From: Kiritimatiellia bacterium
GTDB lineage: Bacteria > Verrucomicrobiota > Kiritimatiellia > RFP12 > UBA1067
Assembly: GCA_045598785.1 (NCBI GenBank)
Contig: JAZLMR010000087.1
Coordinates: 1-55,659, forward strand
Length of the DNA: 55,659 nt
Direction: 5' to 3'
In this document: one piece after another, positions 26,692 to 36,350 of the stretch
Layout of the letters: every line of letters starts with the position of its first letter
Position numbering within the stretch: the first letter of the stretch is position 1
Notes under the pieces: model-generated
Seen by the model: only the letters and a program-made list of their open reading frames with translations
What the model was told of the DNA's origin: nothing
Database searches by the model: none
Position numbers and translations under genes: made by a program

Positions 26692-29058
26692 ATGACTTAT
26701 CAACCCACAGCATCCGGTCGCCTAGTTCGCTATTTGGGCGCGGCGACGGTTATGGTTTTCGCCGACTACCTGCTGATATTGACCGATTGCATAATCGCCG
26801 GACGCGTTTTGGGCGAGACGGCGCTGGGCGCAATGAACCTGCTGATGCCGATATTCTCGGCCGTCACCTTCCTGTCCTGGCTGCTGGCCTCCGGCACTTC
26901 CAACCTCTACCAGCTCGCCAGCCGCAAACGCGACGAACACGATTGTGCCAGGATCGCCACCCAAGGACTGGTAGCCTCGATACTGCTGGCGCTGGCTGTC
27001 GACGGCATCCTGTATGTCAGCTACGACGCCTACCTCGCCTTCATGGCGCCGAGCGCGGAAATCTGCCGCTATTTTCACCAATATCTGACGTGGTATTTCG
27101 TCACCCTGGCGCTGCAATCAATGGGCCTGACGCTTTTATACCTGGTCTTTGTCCGCGGCAGCCAGCTCGTCTGCATTCAGGCGTATGTAGTCCAGCTGAT
27201 CACCAACATGTTCATGTCTTACTGGCTGTGCGAACGCTTCGGCATCGCCGGAATCTCCCTCGGAACCCTGGCCTCGTTTCTCGCCTGGTTTCTGACCATC
27301 GGCCTCCTGTTGCGCAACAATCCCGCCAGGCCGCCGTTCGCCAGAACCCTGCCCAGCCTCCTGCCGCTTGTCAAGTCGATCAGGTCGGCGCTGGCCGAAT
27401 CCTCCGTCTGGCTCCTGCATGCGCTGATCTTCTTCATCATCGCGAAATACGTCCGCTACTTCTGGGACTCGGAATCACTGGCGGTCTGCGCCGTCGTCTT
27501 CTTCATCATTCGACTGACCATTTTCTTCGGCGGCATCGGCGTGGCCATGCGCCCGCTCGAATCGGCCCTGCGGAACGGCACCGTGAATCCCGCCGAAATC
27601 AGCAGAATCTTTCGCATCGTGACCGCCGCGGCGATGGCGGCGATGGCCTTTGCGGCGGCAATCTTCATCATCGCCCCGGAACCCATGATCGGCGTTTTCG
27701 GCATCGAAACCGTCGAGCTCGTCAACGGCGCCAAGTTCGCCGCGCGCGTCACGGTGGGCGGGCTGGTGCTGTGCGGACTGACGGCGCTGCTGCCGCTGTG
27801 GCGGAGAATGAAGCGGTCGCAGGTCCCCGAAGCCAGGCTCAACTATCTTCAAAACTACATCGTCAGCCGGCTCGAACCGGACTCCCGGTCGCAGATGTTC
27901 AACCTCGCGAAGCTCTTCCGCCTGCGCCGCGGCATCGACCTCAACCGGCTCTCGGCCGCACTGACCGCCGCCGGCGAAGCCCATGCCGCGCTGCGCACGG
28001 TATTTCGCCGCGACGCCGAAGGCGAGCTTGTCCAGCGGCAGGAACTGGCCGCCGGCGCCGTTCGTTGCCCGATCGTAAAAACCACCGAGGCCGAACTGCT
28101 GGGCAACCGGTCCCAGCTGGTGAAGACCTTCAGACTTGAAGGCCGGGACCTCTTCGAAGCCAAGATCTTTGACTGCGGCGACGGCATCGCCTACCTGCTC
28201 TCCAACTTTCACCATCTCATCTGCGACGGCTATTCGTTCCCCCTGATTCTCGCCGATGCCCATCGGGTCTGGAACGGCGAAACCCTGGAAGGCGACGCTT
28301 ATTACGAGGTGCTGGCCCGCCGCGAAGAGCGCGCCGCCCAGCCTATTGCCGTGGCCGGCCGAAACTTCATGCGCGAGCTGCTAAAGGACCGGTCGTTCAC
28401 CACCCTGCCGCCCGACGATTTTCACGGCAATCCCGGCTACGGCGTCATCGAGCTTCCGATTCCGCTGCCGCCGAACTTCGAGGCCGTGCTGGCCACGCGC
28501 CGCGCCACCCGGCACCATCTGTTCCTCGCCGCCGCCGCCTTAGCGCTTAAATGGCTGACCGATGCGGACGACGTGCTCATCGACTGGGTCTTTCACGGAC
28601 GGGTCTCGAAGGACGAGCTCAAGACCGTAGGCGCGTTCATGGTCGACCTGCCGCTCGTATTCGACGGAACCGAAGACCTGACCGCTTCCGACATGGTCGC
28701 GCTCGTGAAACGCGCGACCTTCAACGGCATCAAAAGCGTCAACGTGTTCCGCAATGTGGCCGACTGCAATCCCACCGGGCAGGATCGGCTGACCTTCATC
28801 TATCAGGACGAGTGGGGAGAACTGATGAGCGCCGGTCCCGTCCGCACCGACGGTCCGTTCGCCTGGATGATCGAGGATACGATTCCGCTGACGGCGCCGC
28901 GGGCCGCGACCGAAAACCCCTTCAATGTCGAAATCATGGAGCACCGGGACGCCACGCGGCTTTTCATCGAATACGACACCGGCCGCTACTCCGAGGCGAC
29001 TGCCCGCCGCTACGCCGACCAGTTCCTGCAGGCGCTCAACTGGCTACTTTCCTCCTGA
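26692..29058 (+). CDS. MATE-family transporter fused to an NRPS-type condensation domain
   Basis: N-terminal about 370 aa with MATE signatures (D-x-IIAGRVLGETALGAM, FGIAGISLGTL). C-terminal AHAALRTVF, FHHLICDGYS (HHxxxDG at 28210-28230), HGR...VGAFMVDLPL. Confidence 0.85.
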   Translation: MTYQPTASGRLVRYLGAATVMVFADYLLILTDCIIAGRVLGETALGAMNLLMPIFSAVTFLSWLLASGTSNLYQLASRKRDEHDCARIATQGLVASILLALAVDGILYVSYDAYLAFMAPSAEICRYFHQYLTWYFVTLALQSMGLTLLYLVFVRGSQLVCIQAYVVQLITNMFMSYWLCERFGIAGISLGTLASFLAWFLTIGLLLRNNPARPPFARTLPSLLPLVKSIRSALAESSVWLLHALIFFIIAKYVRYFWDSESLAVCAVVFFIIRLTIFFGGIGVAMRPLESALRNGTVNPAEISRIFRIVTAAAMAAMAFAAAIFIIAPEPMIGVFGIETVELVNGAKFAARVTVGGLVLCGLTALLPLWRRMKRSQVPEARLNYLQNYIVSRLEPDSRSQMFNLAKLFRLRRGIDLNRLSAALTAAGEAHAALRTVFRRDAEGELVQRQELAAGAVRCPIVKTTEAELLGNRSQLVKTFRLEGRDLFEAKIFDCGDGIAYLLSNFHHLICDGYSFPLILADAHRVWNGETLEGDAYYEVLARREERAAQPIAVAGRNFMRELLKDRSFTTLPPDDFHGNPGYGVIELPIPLPPNFEAVLATRRATRHHLFLAAAALALKWLTDADDVLIDWVFHGRVSKDELKTVGAFMVDLPLVFDGTEDLTASDMVALVKRATFNGIKSVNVFRNVADCNPTGQDRLTFIYQDEWGELMSAGPVRTDGPFAWMIEDTIPLTAPRAATENPFNVEIMEHRDATRLFIEYDTGRYSEATARRYADQFLQALNWLLSS

Positions 29059-29240
29059 ACGGCGCCTTTCGCCGCCGTGCTCGGCAAATTGTAATGATAG
29101 TAGTCGTCAAGATCCAGCCCGACGAGATTCGGCAGCTGCCGAAGCAGTTCCATGTCCCGGTCGCGCAGATCCCCTTCCGGCTCGGCGGCCCCGACCGCCA
29201 TCACCGCCGTCAAGGCCATTGTCAGCCACAGTTGCCTCAT
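29010..29240 (-). pseudogene. 76-aa remnant of a secreted protein (signal peptide + LPNLVGLDLDDYY fragment)
   Basis: GGAGGA SD, clear signal peptide, too short for the apparent domain, runs into the end of the convergent gene. Confidence 0.45.
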
Positions 29241-29256
29241 ACTTCCTCCTTTGCCG

Positions 29257-29943
29257 TTAAAACGCGATCGGCGTGATGCCGTGCGTGCGCAAATAGTCGT
29301 TACCAATCCGAAAACAATTGCTCCCGAAGAAGCCGCGCCGCGCCGAAAGCGGCGAAGGATGCGCACACTCGATCACGCAATGCCGTTGACGGTCGATAAA
29401 CGCCCCCTTGCGCTGCGCCTGCGCCCCCCACAAGACGAAGACCAGATGCTCACGCGTTGCGTCCAGATAACGAATCACCGCGTCCGTAAACTGCTCCCAG
29501 CCGCGTCCGCGATGCGAAAGCGGCTGGCCCGCCGCCACGGTCAGCGTGGCATTCAAAAGCAGCACGCCCTGCCGCGCCCATTCGCGCAAGTCCGGAATCC
29601 GCACCTCGCTGCGCTTGAGCTTCGCCGCGTCTGCGCCCGTCGCCTCCGCCTGCAGTTCCTTGGCGATGTTCACCAGCGACGGCGGCACCTTGATTCCCGG
29701 CGGCACGTAAAACGCCAGCCCCTGCGCCTCGCCCGGCTCGTGATAGGGGTCCTGCCCGAGAATCACCAGCTTGACCTCGGTCGGCGCCAGCTGCTCCAGG
29801 GCCGCGAACACCAGTTCCCGCGGCGGATAGACGGTTTCCTCCTTATAGGCAGCCTCGACAAAGGCGGAAAGTCGCGCAAAATACGCCTGAGCGCTTTCTT
29901 TCGCCCACAGGGCCTGCCAACCGGGATTTGCGAGGTGCAACAT
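29257..29943 (-). CDS. ung: Uracil-DNA glycosylase (family 1)
   Basis: ILGQDPYH, PPSLVNI, QGVLLLN, HPSPLSA. Confidence 0.97.
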   Translation of the reverse strand: MLHLANPGWQALWAKESAQAYFARLSAFVEAAYKEETVYPPRELVFAALEQLAPTEVKLVILGQDPYHEPGEAQGLAFYVPPGIKVPPSLVNIAKELQAEATGADAAKLKRSEVRIPDLREWARQGVLLLNATLTVAAGQPLSHRGRGWEQFTDAVIRYLDATREHLVFVLWGAQAQRKGAFIDRQRHCVIECAHPSPLSARRGFFGSNCFRIGNDYLRTHGITPIAF

Positions 29944-29963
29944 GTGCTTACCCCTGTTCCGTT

Positions 29964-32852
29964 TCAGGGCCGCAACAGCCAGGTGCGCGGCAATTCCGAC
30001 TTGAGCTGCACCTGCCCGTCCACCACCGGATAGCGCTCGCCCGAAAAGACATCGGTTACCGTCGACGCCCCGTCGCCATAGCGCACCTCCACCTCGCCCG
30101 CCTGCGAAAGTTTGCCCCGCTGGGCATTGACGCCGTAATGCAGCAGCCCGCCCTTCCCCGAAAAGACCTCCAGCAACTCGCCGTGACGCGCCACATAAAA
30201 GCCGTTTGTCGTCACCGGCGTGCAGCCAGCCGCCGCGAAGATCCGCGCCCAGACCTCCGGCTCGTGCGGCGTCATGCCGAAGAATACCGCCGTCGACCCG
30301 TCGGCCAGCCGCTTTTCCGCCGAAGCCACCGTGCCGTCATCTTGCCAGCGGCTCGTCGCCCGCGCCTCCGAATCGGTCACAAAGAGCCGCGGCGCGTCCA
30401 CAAACTTGTTGGGCGTCTGAAACCGCGAAAGCTTGAGCTCCGGCCCGACCGCCGTAAAGACGCAGGGCTCCCGGCGAATCCCGAACCGAAGCCCCGTCAT
30501 CGCCTCCATTTCCGGCTGACAATAGCCCGTCGGCCCGCGCAAGCCCGGCGCGTAGCACCAGACGGCAGTCGCGCGCTCGCCGCGCGCCTTGCGGGCCGCC
30601 GCGCGAAGTTCCGGCGAAGCTGCCAGCGTATTGAGGAATACGACCGCCCGATACGGATGCGGACTTTTCGCATAGCCGTCGACCGACAGCAAATCCCACG
30701 GATAGCCGCTGAGGTTCAGGGTCTGAAGCGGATAATTGACCAGGTTGTGAACCATCACTTCGGTCAGGTCGCGATCCGCATGGCCGTCGCGCCAGGGCGA
30801 ATCCATGTCGAAGACGACCGCGACTTCGTTCGCCGACTCGTCCGATGCGCCTTGCCGCCAGCGTCGGTGCCATTCGGCCACGCCGGCGCCCATCGTCTCC
30901 AGCGCCTCCGGACAATCGTGCCACCACATTCCGAGCCCGCTCTGGGCCTGCCCGAAGTCCACCGCCTGCCAGCCGAGGCCGGACACCAGCGCATTGGCGA
31001 CGAACTTGCCGAAGGTGGCCCGCGTCTCCGCCGGCGTCCGGCAGCACCACTGCTGCTCGCCGCCGTAGCCGATCGCCGTATGCGGACGCACATCGCCCTC
31101 GACCGAGCAAAACTTGCCATAGCGACGACAAAGCTCGGGCAGGCACCGCGGTATGCCGCAAGTCAGGTTGTAGCCAAGCGAAGTGCAGTAGAAATAATCG
31201 AATTCGGGGCACTGGAGGAGCCGGTCGATGCGCGAAGTGTTCCCTTCCGGCGAATAGGCCAGAATCGTATAGCCGAAATAGGCGCCGGCAAGACAGCCGG
31301 GCAGCGCCGCCTTGATCGACTGCGCGAATTCGATCATGAAACTCTCCAGCTCGCGCGTATAGCAATCGTAATAGTCCGCCACCATCCGGTCCCGCGGATC
31401 CGCGAGGTCCTGAACAAAGAGCCCGCTCCCCATGCGCTCGCGCGCCGCCGGCACGCCAGCCGTCTGGCGAGTCACCGTCGGCACGCCCCAGGCCGCCTGC
31501 AGCGCCGCGTCGGTCGGATACTTCGCCTGCAAGAACCGGCGGAAGGCTTCGGTCATGCGCTTGCCGGTATCCGGCATCTTGTTCGCGCCCGCCGGCATGC
31601 CGTCGCCCGACCCGCCGTAGCCGCAGTGAATCCCGATTATGCGCCGCCCCCACGGCTGCTGCCGCACATAGTCGCCGAACGCCTTCCAGAACCGCCGCTC
31701 CTCGTCGCGATAAAGCCGCGAAGCGAAACTCGGCACGTCGGGATTGCCCGAATAGTCGCCGATGTCCTTGCGCCCGGGCGCCGCGACCGCATAGCCGGCC
31801 AGTTCGTCGGGATGCTTCTCCACCCAGCCGACCGGCATTTGCGCGCCATTGCGGTAATAAAGGAGAAACCGCGCCTCGGGGTCAACCGCCAAGATGCGGC
31901 GAATGCCGCCGTCGAACTGACGGAAATCGTAGGTTCCGTCTTCGGCTTCATATTTTCCGCGAAGGAAACGATCGAGGCCGAAAAGATGAATGCCGCGCTC
32001 GCTGGCGTGCCGGACGATGGCGTCGTTGCGGGCCGACGGCGTCAAGCCGATCTCCATGAACGCATAAGGCGGAATCACCTTGCCATTAGTCTCGATCCCG
32101 GGCAGCCGCCCCGAGAACACCACCTTCGCATTCGGCGAATCCGGCTCCGCCCGCAGCTTCGCCTCGGGAAACGCGCCGCCGCCCGTCCGCAGGAACTCCT
32201 GATAGGCGGCGTATTCCGATTCCGTCGCATATTGCCGCATGACGTCGCTGTAGCGCGCCCAGGGAATCATCGTCGCATCGCCGTTGTCAAAGCCCGGCTG
32301 CCAGTCGGAATCGTCAAAGGCGATTTCGCGCCACCCCGCCGGTTCCGTCGCCGACACCTTGATCTGCTCGGGCGTCGACACCAGCTGTAGCACCTTGCCG
32401 TCTTCGAATTCGACCGCGCCGCGCAAAATAATGCCGCAAGTATGGCTGCGGTCGGGGCGCTTGAGGTTGCGCCGGTAGCCCAGCTTGAAGGCCAGCACGT
32501 TCTTGCCGGGCACGACTCGTTTCGTAATGTCGGCGCCGGTCCCGCGCACATGCCCGCGCATCGACTTGAACTCCGGCCACAAAGTGCAGTTGAGCGGCGT
32601 GCCGTTCAGCCACACGCCCGTGCCGCGCTCGCGAAAGGAATGAAACCACGCCCGACGCACCGGCCGGTCGATCTCAAACGCCAGTCGGGCGCAAACGGAA
32701 GTCGGAAAGTCATCCTCGGGCCCACAGTAAATCCACCGCGCCTCGCTGACGCGATCGGGCACCGGCGCCGGCTGAACGCGCTCCGGCTCGCGCGCGCAAC
32801 CGCTCACTGCCGCCGCCAGTCCCACCAGCATCAAACTCAATCTCCAATTCAT
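29964..32852 (-). CDS. Lipoprotein glycoside hydrolase, GH42-like/beta-galactosidase-like
   Basis: Start MNWRL at 32852 with lipobox AVSG-C. YDFRQFD, PSFAS, IIGIHCGYG, FRRFLQAKY...LQAAWG; trimerization-like C-terminal domain. Confidence 0.7.
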   Translation of the reverse strand: MNWRLSLMLVGLAAAVSGCAREPERVQPAPVPDRVSEARWIYCGPEDDFPTSVCARLAFEIDRPVRRAWFHSFRERGTGVWLNGTPLNCTLWPEFKSMRGHVRGTGADITKRVVPGKNVLAFKLGYRRNLKRPDRSHTCGIILRGAVEFEDGKVLQLVSTPEQIKVSATEPAGWREIAFDDSDWQPGFDNGDATMIPWARYSDVMRQYATESEYAAYQEFLRTGGGAFPEAKLRAEPDSPNAKVVFSGRLPGIETNGKVIPPYAFMEIGLTPSARNDAIVRHASERGIHLFGLDRFLRGKYEAEDGTYDFRQFDGGIRRILAVDPEARFLLYYRNGAQMPVGWVEKHPDELAGYAVAAPGRKDIGDYSGNPDVPSFASRLYRDEERRFWKAFGDYVRQQPWGRRIIGIHCGYGGSGDGMPAGANKMPDTGKRMTEAFRRFLQAKYPTDAALQAAWGVPTVTRQTAGVPAARERMGSGLFVQDLADPRDRMVADYYDCYTRELESFMIEFAQSIKAALPGCLAGAYFGYTILAYSPEGNTSRIDRLLQCPEFDYFYCTSLGYNLTCGIPRCLPELCRRYGKFCSVEGDVRPHTAIGYGGEQQWCCRTPAETRATFGKFVANALVSGLGWQAVDFGQAQSGLGMWWHDCPEALETMGAGVAEWHRRWRQGASDESANEVAVVFDMDSPWRDGHADRDLTEVMVHNLVNYPLQTLNLSGYPWDLLSVDGYAKSPHPYRAVVFLNTLAASPELRAAARKARGERATAVWCYAPGLRGPTGYCQPEMEAMTGLRFGIRREPCVFTAVGPELKLSRFQTPNKFVDAPRLFVTDSEARATSRWQDDGTVASAEKRLADGSTAVFFGMTPHEPEVWARIFAAAGCTPVTTNGFYVARHGELLEVFSGKGGLLHYGVNAQRGKLSQAGEVEVRYGDGASTVTDVFSGERYPVVDGQVQLKSELPRTWLLRP

Positions 32853-32865
32853 GATCTCCGCCTTT

Positions 32866-33270
32866 CTACTCGACTTCCGAAACCCGCTTGCGCATCGCCT
32901 TGACCTCCGACCGCGCGTGCTTGTCCGCCAGCATCTTCTGCTTCTGCCGCCGACTGCGCCGACGCTTCTGCCGCCGCACCTTCTCCCGCGCCTGCCGCGC
33001 CGCCGACTTGCGCCGGTGCTCGCGCTCCAGAATCGACTCCGCCAGCATCCGCCGCGCCAGCCAGCGGTTGTCCTCGCGACTGCGCGATTCGCCGACTTTG
33101 ACCGCGACTCCGCTCGGCTCATGACTGAGCCGCACCACCGACGAGGTCTTGTTGGTCTTCTGACCGCCCGGACCGCCGCCGAGAATGAACGACTCCTCGA
33201 GATCGTCCTCGAAGACCGAGGCCTCGGCCATCAGCGCCTTGATCCTGGCAATCGTCTCCGGGGAAATCAC
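32866..33270 (-). CDS. arfB: Peptidyl-tRNA hydrolase / ribosome rescue factor (ArfB-like, GGQ)
   Basis: GPGGQKTNKTSS, ESRSREDNR, basic C-terminal tail; GTG start overlaps the thiN stop. Confidence 0.85.
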   Translation of the reverse strand: MISPETIARIKALMAEASVFEDDLEESFILGGGPGGQKTNKTSSVVRLSHEPSGVAVKVGESRSREDNRWLARRMLAESILEREHRRKSAARQAREKVRRQKRRRSRRQKQKMLADKHARSEVKAMRKRVSEVE

Positions 33271-33896
33271 CGCTGCTCCTCCGCCTCGGCCAGAAACACG
33301 GAAACGGGGCGCGAGGCCGTCAGCGTCACCCGCGCCGCCTCCGCGCGATTCAAGGTCGCGCAGTAAAGACTGCCGAACTTCATGTCGTCCAGCGGCCACT
33401 CCAACCCCGTCGAGGTCATGCGCGTCTGCGGGTCCGGCGCAAAGATCGAAACGGCCGCACCCCGGCGCACCCGCAGACTCCGCCGGCCCGAAACCGGCAC
33501 GAAGCGCCCGTAGTCGGTCACGATCTCGATCCCGTCGGCAAGCGCGCGAAAGACATTGCCGAGCGTATGATCCTCGCGCTTCCCGGTCGCGCCGAGGATC
33601 ACCAGCTTGCGCCACCCGCGTTCACGGCAGAGGCGAATCGCCTTGGCGAGATCGTTAGTCTCCTGTTCGTCCACGCGAACGACCTCGGCGGTCGCGCGTT
33701 TCCGACCGGGCAGCCGCAAGCTGTCCAAGTCGCCGACAACAACTTCCGGCCAACGGCGGAACCGACGTCGATAGGCATCTGCCGCCCCATCACAGCCCAC
33801 CACCCGCCTGGCCGATGTCAGGAGCCGCCAGGCCTTCCCGCCCGGCCGCGGAAAATCCCCGTTGGCCAAGATGACGGTAAGCGACCGGCCGTTCAT
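33267..33896 (-). CDS. thiN: Thiamine diphosphokinase
   Basis: ILANG, CDGAAD, VGDLDS, QETNDLAKA, GATGKREDHTLGN. Confidence 0.93.
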   Translation of the reverse strand: MNGRSLTVILANGDFPRPGGKAWRLLTSARRVVGCDGAADAYRRRFRRWPEVVVGDLDSLRLPGRKRATAEVVRVDEQETNDLAKAIRLCRERGWRKLVILGATGKREDHTLGNVFRALADGIEIVTDYGRFVPVSGRRSLRVRRGAAVSIFAPDPQTRMTSTGLEWPLDDMKFGSLYCATLNRAEAARVTLTASRPVSVFLAEAEEQR

Positions 33897-34942
33897 TTGA
33901 CCAAACCCCATTCCCGGAGCGGTTCCAACGGCAGCCCCATGATGTTTTCATAACTGCCCGTATAGCTCTCGACGATCAAGTCGCCGGACTCGTCAATGTC
34001 ATAGGCGCCGGCGCGGTCGGTGGGCCGCACCCGCGCGACATATTCGTCGATCAGCTCCGCGCTCAGCGGACGAAACTTCACTTCCGACCTGACGACTTTC
34101 ACTTCCCCGTTATAGGCGACGCCGGTAAAGACCGTGTGCACATTGCCGCTCAGTTCGCGCAAGAACGCCTTCGCCTCCTCAAGATCCTTGGGCTTTCCGT
34201 AAATCCGGTTGTTGAACCACACGATGGTATCGGCCGAAAGCGCCCGCGGCGCCACCCGCCCCTTGCTGAGCGCATTCTCCCGCACCGTGCGCTCGGGGTC
34301 TTCAGGATAGCACACTTCCGCCGCGTCGCTTTTCACGACGGCGAAATCAACGCCATGCTCCGCGAGAATCTTCGCCCGCCGCGGACTGCCGCTCGCCAAG
34401 GTCAGGAAACGCACCGGGCCCTCGCGCAGCACCGTCAGCCGCCCGTCATCCAACTTCACCACCGTCGAGGCGACGCCGCCCGACGAGATGCCGTCATCGA
34501 CAATCAGATCCGCCGCCAGCCCCAGCGCCGCCAGCGCCGCCGGCGCATCGGTCGCGGCGCGTTGCCCGGAAAGATTGGCGCTGGTAACGCGCAGCGCCCC
34601 GCCGCAAGCAGCCAGCAGCCGCCGCGTCCATTCATGAGCCGGCACTCGCACGCCTTCGCCCTGGGCCACCACCGTCAGCGCCCCCGGCCAATACCGCCTG
34701 CCCAACTCGGCGGCCGCCTCGCCGATAAATGGCACCGCGCCTTGCGCGTCGCTCGCCAGCAGCGCAATCGGCTTGTTCAAGTCCCGCGCCTTGGCGGAAT
34801 AAAGCCGGGCGACCGCCGCCGGAAATTTCGGGTGAGCCGCGAGCCCGTAGACCGTATCCGTCGGAATCACGGCGATGCCGCCGTGCATCAGCACCTCGGT
34901 CGCCGTCTTCAGCCCGTCATCCGTCGCCGCCACCATTCTCAT
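33893..34942 (-). CDS. Fusion of threonylcarbamoyl-AMP synthase (TsaC/YrdC) and Maf nucleotide pyrophosphatase
   Basis: IPTDTVYGL, KAR...KPI, WPGALT, TSANLSG (TsaC) joined in frame to LASGSPRR, SADTIV, LSGNVH, AGAY, NIMGLP (Maf). Start at 34942 overlaps the rsmE stop. Confidence 0.9.
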   Translation of the reverse strand: MRMVAATDDGLKTATEVLMHGGIAVIPTDTVYGLAAHPKFPAAVARLYSAKARDLNKPIALLASDAQGAVPFIGEAAAELGRRYWPGALTVVAQGEGVRVPAHEWTRRLLAACGGALRVTSANLSGQRAATDAPAALAALGLAADLIVDDGISSGGVASTVVKLDDGRLTVLREGPVRFLTLASGSPRRAKILAEHGVDFAVVKSDAAEVCYPEDPERTVRENALSKGRVAPRALSADTIVWFNNRIYGKPKDLEEAKAFLRELSGNVHTVFTGVAYNGEVKVVRSEVKFRPLSAELIDEYVARVRPTDRAGAYDIDESGDLIVESYTGSYENIMGLPLEPLREWGLVK

Positions 34943-35682
34943 TGGCAAAAATCCTTCATCAGCTGCGCCAGCAAGGCCACCGTCGCCGTATCCGTCCGCA
35001 AAATCCGCGCTCCGAGCGAATAGCGCAAAAAGCCCTGCGCCGCCAAAAGCCCGACCTCCTCGTCGGTCCAGCCGCCCTCGGGGCCGATGGCCAGCAGCAG
35101 ACGCGCCCCCGCCCGCGCCGATGCCGAGCTTTTGCCGCCATACGGATGTGCGACGATTCGATGCGAATCGGGGAAAAGCGCCGACAGCTCCTCGCGCACG
35201 AACTTGCGGAAATTCCGCCGCGTCTCCAGCTGCGGCAAAGTCGTCGACACGCCGCCCTGCATCAGCCCGTCCACCAGGAGCGGACGATAATTTTCCGGCC
35301 TTAAGAGCGTTGCGCCCCAAAAGTCCTTCTCGACCTTCTTGGCCCCGACCAGAAAAATCCGCCCGACGCCCAAAGTCGCAAGTTGCGGCAACAGCCGCTT
35401 CATCACCCGCGGCCGCGGCGGCGCCAAGATGAGGTCCGCCCAAGTCGGCAGCGCCGTTTCCGAATGCCGGCAGCGAACCGTTATCTTGGTCGTGCCCTCC
35501 GCCGACTCCGGCGCCGTGATTGCCAGGATTTCGCTCGTGCCGATTCGCCCGCCGATTTCCCCAGTCTTGAGAATTTGCCCGACCTCGCCGTGCAACACCT
35601 TCAACACATGCTCCGCGCGATCGCCGCCAAACTCGACAAGGTCCGCGTGGATTTCCGACGAATCGAACAGAATCCGATTCAT
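34939..35682 (-). CDS. rsmE: 16S rRNA m3U1498 methyltransferase
   Basis: HVLKVL, IGPEGGWT, SLGARILRTDTA. Confidence 0.92.
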   Translation of the reverse strand: MNRILFDSSEIHADLVEFGGDRAEHVLKVLHGEVGQILKTGEIGGRIGTSEILAITAPESAEGTTKITVRCRHSETALPTWADLILAPPRPRVMKRLLPQLATLGVGRIFLVGAKKVEKDFWGATLLRPENYRPLLVDGLMQGGVSTTLPQLETRRNFRKFVREELSALFPDSHRIVAHPYGGKSSASARAGARLLLAIGPEGGWTDEEVGLLAAQGFLRYSLGARILRTDTATVALLAQLMKDFCQ

Positions 35683-35683
35683 C

Positions 35684-36340
35684 TCACGACAAAGTGTCGA
35701 GCTGCTTGGTTTCGCCGAAGACGACCAGCCGGTCGTCGGACTCGATGACGTCGGTGGCCTGCGGAATGATCAACTTGCGCGGCAGCTTCGGATCCTGATT
35801 GGCGCGGCGGATGCAAAGGATCGTCACGCCCTTCTTCTTGCGCAAGTCGGCCTCCGCGAGCGTCTTGCCGCGCACGCCGTCCGGCACCTCGATTTCGGCA
35901 ATCGAATAGCCCTCGGAGACTTCCAGAAAATCCACCACGTCGTGATTGGCAATCGCCCGGGCGAGCCGATGGGCGCTGTCCCGGTCGGGATAGACGACCG
36001 AGTCGGCGCCGATGCGCCGCAGGATCTTGCCGTGCAACTCGCTGGTCGCCTTGGCGACAACATTCGGCACGCCCAGCTCCTTGCAATTGGCCGTCGCCAT
36101 CATCGACGCCTCCATATTGGAGCCGATCGCGACCACCACCACGTCGCATTCGCCGAAGCCGGCTTCCTCGAGGACATGCGGCTGCGTGGCGTCGCCTTGA
36201 ATGGCATTGGCGAACTCATTGGCCAGCTGCATGGCCGGACGGTTCCGGTCGATGAGCAGCACCTCGGTTCCCGCGTTCGCCAGCGACTCCGCCAAAGACA
36301 TGCCGAACCGGCCGGCACCGATGATTCCAATCCGTTTCAT
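35684..36340 (-). CDS. ktrA: TrkA/KtrA family K+ uptake regulatory subunit
   Basis: IGAGRFG Rossmann motif, GDAT, IGADSVVYPD, TrkA-C domain. Confidence 0.9.
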   Translation of the reverse strand: MKRIGIIGAGRFGMSLAESLANAGTEVLLIDRNRPAMQLANEFANAIQGDATQPHVLEEAGFGECDVVVVAIGSNMEASMMATANCKELGVPNVVAKATSELHGKILRRIGADSVVYPDRDSAHRLARAIANHDVVDFLEVSEGYSIAEIEVPDGVRGKTLAEADLRKKKGVTILCIRRANQDPKLPRKLIIPQATDVIESDDRLVVFGETKQLDTLS

Positions 36341-36350
36341 GGCCACTATT

